DNA from: Klebsormidium nitens
Taxonomy: Eukaryota > Plantae > Klebsormidiophyceae
Assembly: GCA_000708835.1 (NCBI GenBank)
Contig: DF236950.1
Location: 401,088 to 465,087, forward strand
Reading direction: 5' to 3'
DNA: 64,000 nucleotides
The notes beneath the pieces were generated by a model, which searched no databases, was not told the DNA's origin, and saw only the letters and a list, made by a program, of their open reading frames with translations. This document shows positions 52,401 to 64,000 of this stretch, piece by piece; position 1 is the first letter of the stretch; every line of letters begins with the position of its first letter. The translations under genes and the position numbers were made by a program.

Positions 52401-55400
52401 TCATTGTGCTGCGGACAACCATCTCTCTTAATGGAGCTTTGTGCACTGGCTCCCAATCCCTCTCCTTCGATTGTGTCGAGTGCCTAACGACTCGACACCA
52501 CCGTTTGCAGACACGGTGGCGGGGTTACAAGGCGAAGAGCGGTTACAAGAAGCTGCAGAGGGGCGTCCTGGTGGCACAGTGCCTGTACCGGGGCAGGCTG
52601 GCCCGGCGCGAGCTCAGGAAACTCAAGCTGGTGAGCTTGTATTTCAATACACTCCTGTGGCCTTCCTAGCATCGTAATGTTTGTCTCTCTTGCAGCACCT
52701 GTTCGTCCGCACATTGCAATTCTACCTCGTCAAGAGCAACTCTAGGGCAATAACAATCTTCTGACTCTCAAGTGACGGTTGAGAGTAGTCGGATTCCGGC
52801 ATCTTTTGACATCAAGAGGCTCTGAAGACTCCACAAGGACATCAACTAGACGATCTGGTGTGGCATGTATCAGTTACGTTAGCTGGCACTGCTACAGCAA
52901 GGTTCCTCTCATCTGAGGCCGTTCCTGGTCCTTGTGCAGGCTGCGCGCGAGACGGGCGCCCTACAGGCGGCCAAGTCGAAGCTGGAGAAGCAGGTGGAGG
53001 AGCTGACGTGGCGGCTGCAGCTGGCGCAGAAGATCTCGGAGCAGAAGGTGGCGGAGGTGCACCGCCTGCAGGCGGAGCTCAAGGACGCCAAGGAGCACGC
53101 GGAGCAGGCGCAGGCCACGCTGGCCAAGGAGCGCCAAGAACACAAGGCCGACATCAGCGCCGCCAAGTCGTCGTCAGCGGAGGTGGCGGTCGCAGGGGTG
53201 TCGGCGAAGGCGTCGGCGGAGCTGCTGGCCAAGTACGAGAAGCTGGTGTCGCAAAACGGTCAGCTCATGGTGAGGACGGCCCCGCGGGAGCATGCTTACA
53301 CGCGCTCGTCAATCTTTTCTGAAGAAGCCCTGTCACCCGCAGGGCTTCGTTTATAATGAGGCAGAGGGATGATCAAGCGTGGTAGAAAGTATCTGAACCA
53401 TCTGGAATCTATGCTTCCTACCTTTATCCGGAGCCAAAGGCCTAGATCAGGCATTGCCCCTTGGGTCCTGCTTTGTCCCGCCCATTCTTTGGCGACATGC
53501 TTGGCTAGGAACTTCGGAGCAGAACGTCTGCACTATCCAATTCAGAAACTGGCACCGCTCATGCAATCTCCCGTTGACTACCTGCCCGCAGCAAATGATG
53601 GACGAGGCGAACAACCGCGCAAACAACGCGGAGGCTCGGCTGTCGCGGTTCAAGGAGGTGGAGACGCGCGCCAAGAAGCTGGAGGCGCGGCTCGAGTCCG
53701 AGGTGCGCAAGGCGGAGGAGCTGAACGACAAGCTGGCCGCGCTGGAGCAGGAGAACAAGGTGCTGCGCCAGGGCGCGCTGGTCAGCCCCGGAGTGGCCTC
53801 CCGCAGCCGCATCAGCCGCGTGTCGGGACGGCAGCTGAGCCTGGAGAACGGGGACGAGCTCGGCGAGGACGGGGCCGAGAGCCCGGGCGGGGAGCTGGCG
53901 CGCAAGCGCGAGAAGCTGGTGATCGACCACACGCAGCTGCTGGCCGACCAGGAGGAGCTGCTCAAGGTGCGGCGCGCACATTTTTCGTGTCTGTTTCGTA
54001 AAGCTTCATTTTCGCGACGCTTGCTTTACATTGCCTAAGAGGGTATTTCGGAACCCGCTTAGGAGCTGGTGTGTTGACCGTCCTGTTCGGACGGGCGGGT
54101 GACCTGCCTCTGATAGGGGAAAATCTTTGTAAAGTGCTACTCGACCGTTGCTTATGAGTATGCTTGTCTTTACAGGTGGTGATGACGGAGGTGGGCTTCA
54201 GCCACGACCGGCCCGTGGCCGCGTGCGTCATCTTCAAGTCGCTGCTGCACTGGCACTCGTTCGAGGCGGAGCGCACCAACGTGTTCGACCGCATCATCCA
54301 GAACATGGGCCTCGCCATCGACGGCAACCAGGAGAACAACGAGATCCTGGCCTACTGGCTCTCCAACACCGCCACGCTCCTCTCGCTCCTCCAGCGCACG
54401 CTCAAGGCCAGCGCCAGCAGCGGGGCCACCAAGAAGAAGCAGCTCAACGTCAGCCTGATGGGCAGGCTCACGCAGGTGCGGCGCGCAGGGGCTCTGGTCA
54501 CCTCCCGGCTGCATGTCGCCCCCAAAGACCAACCTCTCGAAACCAGAGGCTAGGAATGGATGTGGGGCTGTTGAATCACAATCCGGCTGCATGTCGTCTT
54601 TGAGAGTCGACGTTTCAAAACGCAGTGGCCGATAAGGCACTTGGGGCTGTGTGCACAGCTCAAGGGTTATCTCCGGAAGTACATGGGAGGTCTTCACCCT
54701 CATCCGACGTTCTCTTCATTCCCCAGGGCTTCCGGACGGCGACCGGCTCTGGCCCCGCTCTCAGCACCAGTCCCAGCTTCGGCAACGGCGCGTCGCCTGC
54801 CGAGCACGGCGGCTCGCCAGGGACGCCGCGGCAGGTGGAGGCCAAGTACCCGGCGCTGCTGTTCAAGCAGCAGCTGACGGCCAACGTGGAGAAGATCTAC
54901 TGCATGATCCGGGACAACCTGAAGAAGGAGGTCACGCCGCTGCTGGGGTCGTGTATCCAGGCCCCGCGCGCCAGCCGGCTGAGCACCGGCAAGACCATGG
55001 TGCGCTCGCCCAGCGCGGCGCACCCGCCGTCGGCCACGCCCATGACGCTAAGCAGCCACTGGCACAGCATCATCAACAGCTTCAGCCAGCTGCTCAACAC
55101 CATGCGCGCCAACCGGGTGAGCTGCGACCCCCAAACATTCCTTGGATAGATGCGTGCACGAAGTAAGTCTTTCTGTTTGAATGTTTGCGGGGCCTATCAG
55201 GACGTCACAGCCGATGTCATGACAGTTCTCAGAAAACTTCTGTATAACTGGTCAACAAACTTGGACCTTTCTTGAGGATGAACTGCACCGACGGAACGGC
55301 AAGTGGCTTGGTAAGTTTGATACATTGGCGCTAGAAACGGTTAATGTTCGGTCAGCTCGACGCACAGCTGACCGTGCTTATGATGTTGGGGTTTTGTCTT

Positions 55401-56693
55401 TTAACCAACATCAAACTCAAGGGTTGTGCCTGCACCTGACTTCCGCTTGTTGTCCCCTGCAGGTTCCGCCGTTCCTGGTGCGGAAGCTGTTCACGCAGAT
55501 CTTCTCGTTCGTGAACGTGCAGCTGTTCAACAGCCTGCTGCTGCGGCGAGAGTGCTGCTCGTTCAGCAACGGCGAGTACGTCAAAGCGGGCCTCGCCGAG
55601 CTGGAGCACTGGATCTACGAGGCCTCCGAGGAGGTGCGGCCGCAAAACATCCCCACAGCACAAGCAACTGAGAGGTCCTTGCAGTGGATTAGTTCCTGCT
55701 TTAGGATGAGCCGCTGGAAGGGTGTTTGCCGTTGTGTCATTGATTTCGGGTACCCTTAAGACTCTCGCCCAAGCTAGCAGGGAGCAGGCATGCGGGTGCC
55801 CCTAAGAGGTCTGCTCCGTGCGTTCATCTAGTTTTCAAGATCGTTTCTCGCACAAATATGAGCAAGCGTTGCTTCTCCGTGTATCTGGAGCACAAAGCGG
55901 TTCTGTGACGTGGTGCAGTACGCGGGTGCGTCGTGGGACGAGCTGCGGTACATCCGGCAGGCGGTGGGCTTCCTGGTGATTCACCAGAAGCCGAAGAAGT
56001 CGCTGGACGAGATTACGCACGACCTGTGCCCCATCCTGAGCATCCAGCAGCTGTACCGCATCTCCACCATGTACTGGGACGACAAGTACGGCACGCACAG
56101 CGTCGCGCCCGAGGTCAGCGCGCGACACCCTCCGGACGATCTTGTTTACTTGGAGCCCGTCTGTATGCAGGACTGGCGATCTCTGCAGCTCGTGCACGGT
56201 CCGTGTGTTTTTATTGTTCCAACCGGGGGTGTCAAGCATTTTGACCGGGTCTTGTTGTGCTCTGTGTCAGGTGATTGCGCAGTTGAGAGTGTTGATGACG
56301 GAGGACTCCAACAGCGCGGGCAGCAATTCTTTCCTCCTGGACGACGATTCAAGGTGAGCTTCCTCGCAGTCCCACGTTTCGATCTGGCCGTCGTAGCCGT
56401 ATCACGGTTGCATCCAATGGTAGACGTGATCTCCTGGCTGTAATTCAGCCGGATGCCCCCATAGGACTGCATTTTCAACCTGAGTTGATCCTCAACCACA
56501 ACGTGACAATCATGCACCAGCTTGCTTCGATCCCGCTTAATCTTTTGCATTGTCGCCTTGCAGCATCCCCTTCTCCATTGACGACATTTCAAAGTCGGTG
56601 CCTGCGCTTGACGTCAACGAAATCGAACCACCTCTGCCTCTTCAAAGCAACCCGTCCTTCGCATTTCTTATGCCAACAGCGGATGCTTCGTAA
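46491..56693 (+). CDS. MYO11: Myosin class XI (SH3-like N-terminus, motor, 6 IQ motifs, coiled coil, DIL domain), multi-exon
   Basis: [77 protein letters not shown]; six IQxxxRG-type motifs (51790-52620); [14 protein letters not shown]; [60 protein letters not shown]. Stop TAA at 56691-56693. Confidence 0.97.
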
Positions 56694-57291
56694 TTGTTAC
56701 AAACCAGTCGGGTGAATACACGTGGACAGACGGTAAAGTAGTTGCGGGATTCGTGAGTGAGTCGTCAGGAGTGTAAAGTCAAACTGTAGTCGCCTCAACC
56801 AAGATTGTTTGCACAGCTTGTGCGTTCGGTTGGCATGCTTAAGTTTCTGACTTGATCGTATCATTCCTGATAAAAGTTGAGGACGATTATTTGAATTGAT
56901 CTGAATACTTTGAGTTCATGAGCTTTGAACTTATACCACTTTTCGGTGGTTGTACTGCATGCCATGAAAGCCAGACGATCTGGTTGAATCGAGCCTAGTT
57001 TGACTAGCTGTATGGTGTATACCATGAAATCATATCAGCCATGCTTAATCAAGATTAGCACCGTCTGTGTCCAAAATGCATTAGCTTATATATAAAATTC
57101 ATATAAAGCGGTTGAATGCAATGGATCTACCAAACCAGCAACCAGCTAGTAGCTCTATAATTAACGTATAATCGCGACGGCCTTTGCAGATCTTATGGTC
57201 TCCCACTCATCAGACGGCAGGTGACGATCTTCGAATCCATATATACCGCGCGCCAATTATTATATGTGCAATGCATGATTAAATGCGTCCA

Positions 57292-57435
57292 ATATGGACA
57301 GTCCATATACGGTATATCGATCAATTACTGAGCTGCCAACCAGGCTCACATGTGATCATATATACAAATATCATGTCCATGATAATGGTACGGGATTCCC
57401 AGCCGCGCCTCGGCCAGCAGGCTCGAGCCTGCTGG
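57292..57435. repeat. Cluster of short perfect palindromes/hairpins, including a 22-bp perfect palindrome
   Basis: ATATGGAC-A-GTCCATAT (57292-57308), ATATAC-G-GTATAT (57305-57317), TCACATGTGA (57346-57355), TATCATG-TC-CATGATA (57369-57384), CCAGCAGGCTCGAGCCTGCTGG (57414-57435). Confidence 0.8.
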
Positions 57436-58178
57436 ACCATTTGCTCGACCGCAGGCCGCTACTACAGCGTTGAACGTACGCTGCCAGGAGAGACTAGGCT
57501 ATACATGATGTACGTCAGCCAGCCGCGCCATTCATAACAAACTTCGTGGGGACGAAGTAATCTGGCACCTCAACAACGTCTGCGCATCACTCAAATGTCA
57601 CTGTCTTGGGGACGTTCAAAGGTCCGAGGACGGTCTGATCAGGCTGTTGGACATGCAGGGACTGGTACAAGAGGAGACGAGCTTGTCAGATTGTGACAGA
57701 ACCGAACTACTGATCCCGTTCATTGGGAATGGCCACCGCAACTGTTATCGTGGCAAGCAAGTCTTTCCTTATCGCATCAAATCAAGCTAAAGTAACATAA
57801 CAGGAGGCGTCCACCTTGAAACAATGAACACGAACATACTCTGCAAACTGTACTCAAGAGTGAGAGGCACAATCTGCTGAAAAGAACCCGCTGCCTGCTG
57901 AGCAGGTTGACCCCTTACACAAACAATCACCTTAAGCTTTGACCATTTTATATTCTCAGCGGTGCAGCGAATCCGTCCAGCATCACAGCCACTGCTTGGA
58001 GTTGCCTGCGGAAGGGGCAGACAGGCAAGCAAGTCAGGAGAGCACGCTTTTATACGTCTCTCACGAACGTTTGAGAAAGTATCCTCTTAGAAGAAGGGGC
58101 CAAGCAGACGAGTGGGTTTGCGAGGTTGGTCGAAGCCGCAAATCCCATCCGACGACAGAAAGCAGGCATGGACGGCAC

Positions 58179-61100
58179 TTACTGTGTCACGGACACGTCT
58201 TCCACTGCGGCCCCCGGCCCCTCCGAATGCCCGAACTTCTCCGCTTGTTGCATCAAGGGGGCGAAGTCCACCAGAGACTCAACCCGGGAAAAGTCCCCCG
58301 GCTGTCCCCCGGGGCTTAGGGGCTCTTTCGAGCAGCCCTGAGGCAGTAAGCCCATGGCATTGACGGTGGAAAGGAGGCCTCGCAAGACGAAGACGCTGGG
58401 CAGAATGTCCTCGGAGGGAGCGGCGTCTGAGGGAGCCAAGGCGGCAGGCGCTTCCGATGGGGATGGCAGGAGGGGTTCGGCGCACGCAGCTTGCAGCGCG
58501 GCGACAATGGCGGCGTCCGGCAGAGGCGGCCTGCGCAACAAGGGGTGGAGTGAACGAACTTCAGCTTAAATAGAGATGAGGGCTCGAAGGCACAGGACAG
58601 CGCAGCAGCGGGCAGAGTCAGGCTGGATCAGTTGCTCGTGGCCAGTGGCAGTGGCTGTGCTGCCAAGGAGCGAGATCCGACCCGGCAAAAACTGCTGAAC
58701 CAAATGTGAAACCTCCGAGCACTTTTAGGTCACCGTCCAGATGAGCCGTTCCTTTCCGCAATGACACGCTGCAAGGATGCGGCGAGGGCCCCCCCTAACC
58801 TGTTGCTTAGTGCGAGCAAGCACCGCAGCGCGTAGGCGTACGTCCTGATGTGCGGCCGCACGAGTGCCGCCGCCCACGTCAGCACACCCCGCGCTTCCAG
58901 AGTGTTGGCATCCGGATCCCGAGAGGCAGGCCGCAGCTGACGGCCCCCGTCCAGGGACAGCACCGCTTCCTCTGCGCAGCACGGGAGGAACCTCAAAACA
59001 CTGTGATGCACGGGGGGGAACTCCGTCTTTCACAGAGTAGGCGCTGGTGGAGGACTCAGAGAGGCTACTTCTCTGCCTCATAACTGCGAATTCTCATTTC
59101 GGTAAAAGGAGCGGAACTGTTTGCCCGAAAAGTTGCCACAGCGTCGTTCCCTCTAAAACGACGAAACAGGGAGTGCCAAGTATGATCGAGTCAGTCCCCC
59201 CACCTTGCACCAGCCGGTCCAGGTACGCCGCCAGCTGCTCCTCCCACAGCGCGTCTGTGTCGGCCGCCCCAACGAGCGGGTCGAATTCCGCGCGCATGAG
59301 CCGCCGCAGCCAGCGTGCTTTCTCGGCGATAGTGGAGCGCGGGATGGTGGACCGCCGGCGGGCCGTGTCGCCGGCCCGGGTCTCGCTGAGCGCCGAGGCG
59401 AATGCACAAGCCACAAGGGCCTCGCCAGCGAACAGGTATACCAGCTGCAAAAGTAGAGAGTGGCCGCGTCTTAGGTGGACCAGTGAATCTTTTAATTAAG
59501 ACATAAAAGCAGTGTGTGAATAGAGCAGCGGTTGAAGGTGGTGTCAGCAAGCAACCGGCCGAAGAGCAGCCCAAGAATACGAGAGTGAGTGTTCCGCATC
59601 AACCCTCGATACGTTAGGATTTCAAATCTCTGGAAGTGTGAAGCCGACAAGTGAAGAAGCTGTCAGGCGGGATGGACAGTCCCAGAACCCTCGTTGGCAT
59701 CGATCCAACTACCCAGAGCTCCAGAGACGCAGGTTCTGAGAAAGCAACCGCAATCGAATGTCGTTTCCCGTTCGAGCCTGCTTGCCACACTGTTGCAGCA
59801 CACTTCCATTGCGTCCCTGGACCACCTACGTCCACTCACCTGGTTGCAGTGGTACTGCAGCGTCAGCCGGCGTTGGGGACTCCTCACCGCCCGCATCCTC
59901 GTCCCGCACACGCTCACACACGGCCCCAGCAGCCGTACCCCCTCCTCCACGGCTTCTTGCGCCGCCTCTCTGCCCCAGGGGACACCTCCCGCCACTGCGA
60001 TTTGCCCCCCCCGGGCCAGGACCTGCCACCCGACATAGTCGACCGCGGCCGCACACTCTTCTCGCTCGAGCCCCGTCCCGTCTCTGGCCGTCAAGAGCGC
60101 GACCGCCACCAGCGCGGTCGGCGTGGCCGCCACGCTGCGCCGGATGGCCGCGCCTACTTCTTCCCCGAGCGCGGCCACTAGCTCGCGCCGCTGCTCCTTG
60201 CCCACGTATACCCGGTCGATCGCGGGCTCGCCCGTCGCGGCCGGCACGCTCAGCGCCTCCGCTTCGCCGGGCTCGACAGGCAGCTCCCTGGGAGGGGGTG
60301 ATGGCACGCCCGCGCCGTCTTTTAACAACTCGGGTTTATGTACATTCGAATCAATGTATTCGTCCTTTTTACTTGTTCCTTTGTCGGCGGTCTTTTCATC
60401 TACATCCGTATCTAATTCGCCATTGCTAGGCTCTGCTTTGCTTTCCGCCGCCGTGGCAGAAACAGTTTCTACCTCTGGAACTCCTCCCTTCGCCTCGCCA
60501 TCTGGGGACTCAGCAGTGGCCCGCTCCGCCTTCTCGCTGCTTCCGTTTCCGTTCCAAGACTTTCGTGCATCCTGCACAGGCGACGTCGGCGGCCGCCTGC
60601 TGCTGGCTGCCTTCACGAGCTGGGGGCTGGGCATGGGGGCCTTGCTCCCCCCCGCTGCATTGAACTGCGCCGCAAGAGCTCCCACGGCACTAGCCCGGCG
60701 TTCTAGCGAGCGACCCTTCTCGGGCTGGGGGGACGGCGGAGCCTTCTCGGCCTCGTGCACTGGCCCCCCGTTCTGGAAGACGGCCGCCCGGTCTTTGACA
60801 CTGGTTTCGGACAGCCGTGCGGGGGGCAGCTTCGCCCCAGGGGATGCCGCCTCAGCGCTAGCGGCATGGAAGGCGGCGAGCTTGTCTTGCAGGCGGTGCC
60901 GTGTCTCACTACCCACCAGGGACGATCTGCGACGAAGAAAGAAGGGGCTTGGAAATGGGGGGACTGAAGACGATTGAAAATGAGTTCGAACTGAGGTAGG
61001 AGGACTCGACCAGGCAGCCAATTGAATGTGAGTCCAAGCCGAAAGCTGCACACAGAAACTGGAGTGGAGGATCGCAAGTGCAGAAAAAGTTTGAAAATAC

Positions 61101-63319
61101 GAAAAGCTCATGCAGGCATCAAGATCAAAGTCGGTCGGGAAGCTGGCGGGAGGAGCAGATTACGAAGGTTGTCTTTCCGCCGATACTTCCCCTTCTCCTC
61201 ATACGCTGCCAGCCAACTCTTAAAGAAACGTTCCGCTTCCCTTGAACCTTTTGGGCAAGCTTCGCCTCCTCACCTCCTCTCCCCCGTTGCCCCCCCTTGC
61301 TTCGCGTGCAGCCAGTCCCGCAGGCTGACTGGCTCGGAGAAGGTGACGTAGACACGCCCGTTGTCCCGCCAGAGCGCGCTCCAGAAGGCGCGCAGCGCTT
61401 GCAGCAACGTCTCGCGGGCCTTCTTCAGGCCCAGCGACTGCCGAATGTACGACGGCTCGTCCAGGACCACTGCGGATTGCGTGCAAACCGACGCCGAGCA
61501 GTCAAAAGCTGGAAGCGCCTGGTGTCAAGCATTCGCACAGGGTATCGAAAAACCGATCGAGCTGCATGATAAGAAATATTCGATGGAAAGATCTACTTTT
61601 GTCATGAAAGCAGCGGGAAGATTGAACGGAATAAAGGTTTTCGAAGCGAAGCATTGAAATTTGAAATACGACCACCATCCTCAAAGATACTCAAGCAGGC
61701 TATTGGCCGTGGAAGAATAAAAAAACCCGAATGACGACAGAACGTAGGCTCTGTAGAAATTTCGAGAAGCGGCAGCGGGGTGGGCTGTCTCACCATCGTA
61801 ATCGATGGCCATGGGCACCAGGTAGACGTCGGGCACGTGGCCGTCGAGGACGGAGTCAAAGACCAAGGAGAGCAGGCCCAGCTTGGGGACGCACACCTGG
61901 TCGAGAAGAAACGAACCAGACGTTAAGATTGCCCACGCCAATTGATGCGCATTCAATGCAAGTCGCACTGTGCCCCAAAACAAAGCAGGCATCACCTCCG
62001 AGATTGTGTGAAGCTTGGCAACGGCCTTTTGATTACCTTGCCGTCTCGTCCCCTGCCGCCCTCAATGAAGAACTCGAGGGACTGGCCCTTCTGAAGGAGT
62101 GTTTGGATGTACTCCGCCAGGACTGCCTGCAAGGGGAAGCAGCGGCAGATCGGTGATCGCTCAGCTGAGGTCCGTAATCATTCAAAAAAAGTCGACTTTG
62201 ACTTCGACAGGATAACGAGGCTGTTGTTTTGATCAACACTGCTATTCCTCGTCAGATGCACATCATCGAGTTCACTTTCATATGAGGATAGACTGAGGCT
62301 GGGGTCGAACTCGAACATGGCCACTGACCTGATAAAACCGTTGGACAGAAGTAACCCATTGCAACTACCCACCTTGTAAACATTCTCGTCTTGCGATCCG
62401 CGGATGCTCCTGCGCATGAAGAAAGCGCCCCCCTTGCGCATGACCCAGCCCAGGAGGGGGATCTGCAGGTTGTCCCCCGCCGCGATGTGCGGCACAGTGA
62501 TGTCGCGGCTGAATAGGACGTACGACAGCAACAGGTAGTCCACGTGGCTGCGGTGGGTGGGCAGGTACACCACGGGACAGCTCCCCGGCAGGCAAGAAAG
62601 CCTGGCAGGACACAGCATGGGCTCTCGAAACATGGGAAGAAAAGCACAAAGTCCTGAACTTCCCAATCGGCAGAGTAATTGTTGACCAGCCACAAGGGCG
62701 TCACCAGAGCTGGTTTACTCGGATGTGACAGGAGGAGCGTCGAAGTATGATCAGATGAAGCTAGCCCGCATCAGCTGAGAAGGTGGCCAATCAAGGCAAC
62801 TTAATTTCAACAGGAAGTGTCCAACTTGCCAGCCTAGACTACAGGACATAGCAGTCTGCAGGGTGGTGCAGTACAATGATGCCACTGGGAGGACTCATCG
62901 CATCGGGGTGTACCAATGAAGGCGGGATTGGCGGCAATGACGGGTGTTTCTCACCGGCGCAGCCCTTCCTGGTCGACAAAGATCTGGTCCCGGAAGAGCA
63001 GGCGCCAGAGGTGCCCCAGGCCATACCCCAGCATCTTGACCGCCCACAGGCGCACGTCCGCGCTCATCTTGCGAGCGATTGCCTGCGCTCGCCGTCGGAC
63101 CAGCCATTCTCTTTCTCCAGTTTCCTTACACTGGAGCTTGACGGCATCGTCCACTCGATGGGACTGGAGCAGCGAGCGGATCAGCGGAGATGCGGGGACG
63201 GACGGGTGAGAGCTGGAGTATGAGGTGACGGCAAAGTGCAGGATGGGAGCACGCCGCTGGAGGAAGCTAGCGCGGTGTGCGTCCTGACTGGCGCTCCGAT
63301 TGTGCAGGCCATCAGTCAC
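58179..63319 (-). CDS. PlsB/GPAM/GNPAT-family glycerol-3-phosphate (or DHAP) acyltransferase, multi-exon; 5' end uncertain
   Basis: [21 protein letters not shown] (HxxxxD at 62538-62555), [32 protein letters not shown] (62052-62072), [50 protein letters not shown]. Stop at 58179. No in-frame ATG is certain upstream of the acceptor at 63320. Confidence 0.85.
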
Positions 63320-63888
63320 CTACAGATGAGAGAAGGGCACAAGCTTATCAGTGTCCCGCAAGGTGCATTGGCTAGAGTCCTTGAGTGAGGGCCCGGCTGC
63401 TGAATTGGTCAACCACTTACCGGGTGTTATGAGGATTCAGTGCACACGAAGGGTCACTGCAAGCCAAGGCTATGAGTACACAGGCAATTCAACACAGTTT
63501 TGGGACGTATGTGGCAGCAGTTGCCAAGCTCAGTTTGGCAGCGGAGCATATCTCTCACAGCAACCTTGCCTTATCAGAAGGACTAATATCACGCACACAA
63601 TCAAAAGCTGCACAAACCTTGTTGGCAGGCAGGGGCAAACGTTCAGCGGCAAATACTTGGCCATAGATTACTCCCCTGCCTGATCTATCCGGAGGCTTCG
63701 GCATTGCTTCTCCCGATAGAACGCTGGGACTTGCCTCGGAAGAGCACCCTACGGATTACGCAGACTCCACATTGCAAACGCACCACCATTGGCAGTGATG
63801 TTACATTGTAATACTAACAATGTTAGTACTAGTAGATCTGTCAGTGAAGGAAGCTCGTTTAATATGATGGGCCTGCTTGCCATGAGCA

Positions 63889-63900
63889 GCGCGCGCGCGC
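63889..63900. repeat. (GC)6 tract
   Basis: GCGCGCGCGCGC read directly, upstream of the acyltransferase gene. Confidence 0.8.
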
Positions 63901-63966
63901 CCCAGCAAGAATGAGCAACTAGGCAGAGAAGAGAACTTGGAACATCCATATTTGCTCAACAGTCTC

Positions 63967-64000
63967 ACACCGTACATTACCGGGGTACGGTGTACGGTGT
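63967..64000. repeat. 9-bp hairpin merging into a GTACGGT tandem repeat cut by the window edge
   Basis: ACACCGTAC (63967-63975) pairs with GTACGGTGT (63985-63993). GTACGGT occurs at 63985-63991 and 63992-63998, and a third copy begins at the edge. Confidence 0.6.

Noticed and set aside
57030-57190. Short k-mers resembling 18S rRNA or U6 (AAGATTAGCA, ATCGCGACGGCCTTTG, TAGCTCTATAATTA)
   Set aside because: Matches are short, on mixed strands and not collinear, so they do not support an rRNA or snRNA fragment.
59758-60977. Long plus-strand ORFs (223 aa, 284 aa) opposite the acyltransferase
   Set aside because: Low-complexity antisense shadows of a GC-rich exon.
1-64000. CRISPR arrays, tRNA genes, transposase/RT ORFs, viral genes
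   Set aside because: No regularly spaced repeats, cloverleaf with T-loop, or DDE/RT/capsid motifs were seen in the sequence or the ORF track.

Overview
Gene-dense, intron-rich eukaryotic nuclear DNA. The protein families (myosin XI, POB1/LRB-type BTB protein, plastid FtsH, plant-type mL53 and PEX1, a CEP70-like centriole protein), GT-AG introns and very GC3-rich exons point to a green alga on the plant lineage, probably a Klebsormidium-like streptophyte (inference). I reconstructed spliced genes by hand. In order: partial BTB-like gene (+), PEX1 (-), mitochondrial ribosomal protein mL53 (+), DEAD-box helicase RH16/DDX56/DBP9 (-), FtsH7/9-like protease (+), BTB-BACK-MATH POB1/LRB-like gene with a 1-nt frameshift (-), SMC2 (-), CEP70-like (+), myosin XI (+) and a PlsB/GPAM/GNPAT-type acyltransferase (-). 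The most interesting observations are: (1) the PlsB-type acyltransferase, a family not known from the angiosperm GPAT set, with a ~240-aa disordered insert; (2) a 334-bp TA-flanked MITE with 54-bp TIRs and bZIP-type boxes in the RH16/FtsH bidirectional promoter; (3) recurring purine-pyrimidine-alternating, palindrome-rich patches between convergent 3' ends, which also hint at two hidden small genes that would make gene orientation strictly alternate; (4) extreme within-gene GC3 switching; (5) two apparent single-base deletions (BTB gene, PEX1 last exon). No rRNA, tRNA or CRISPR array was found. Family assignments come from remembered motifs, not database searches.
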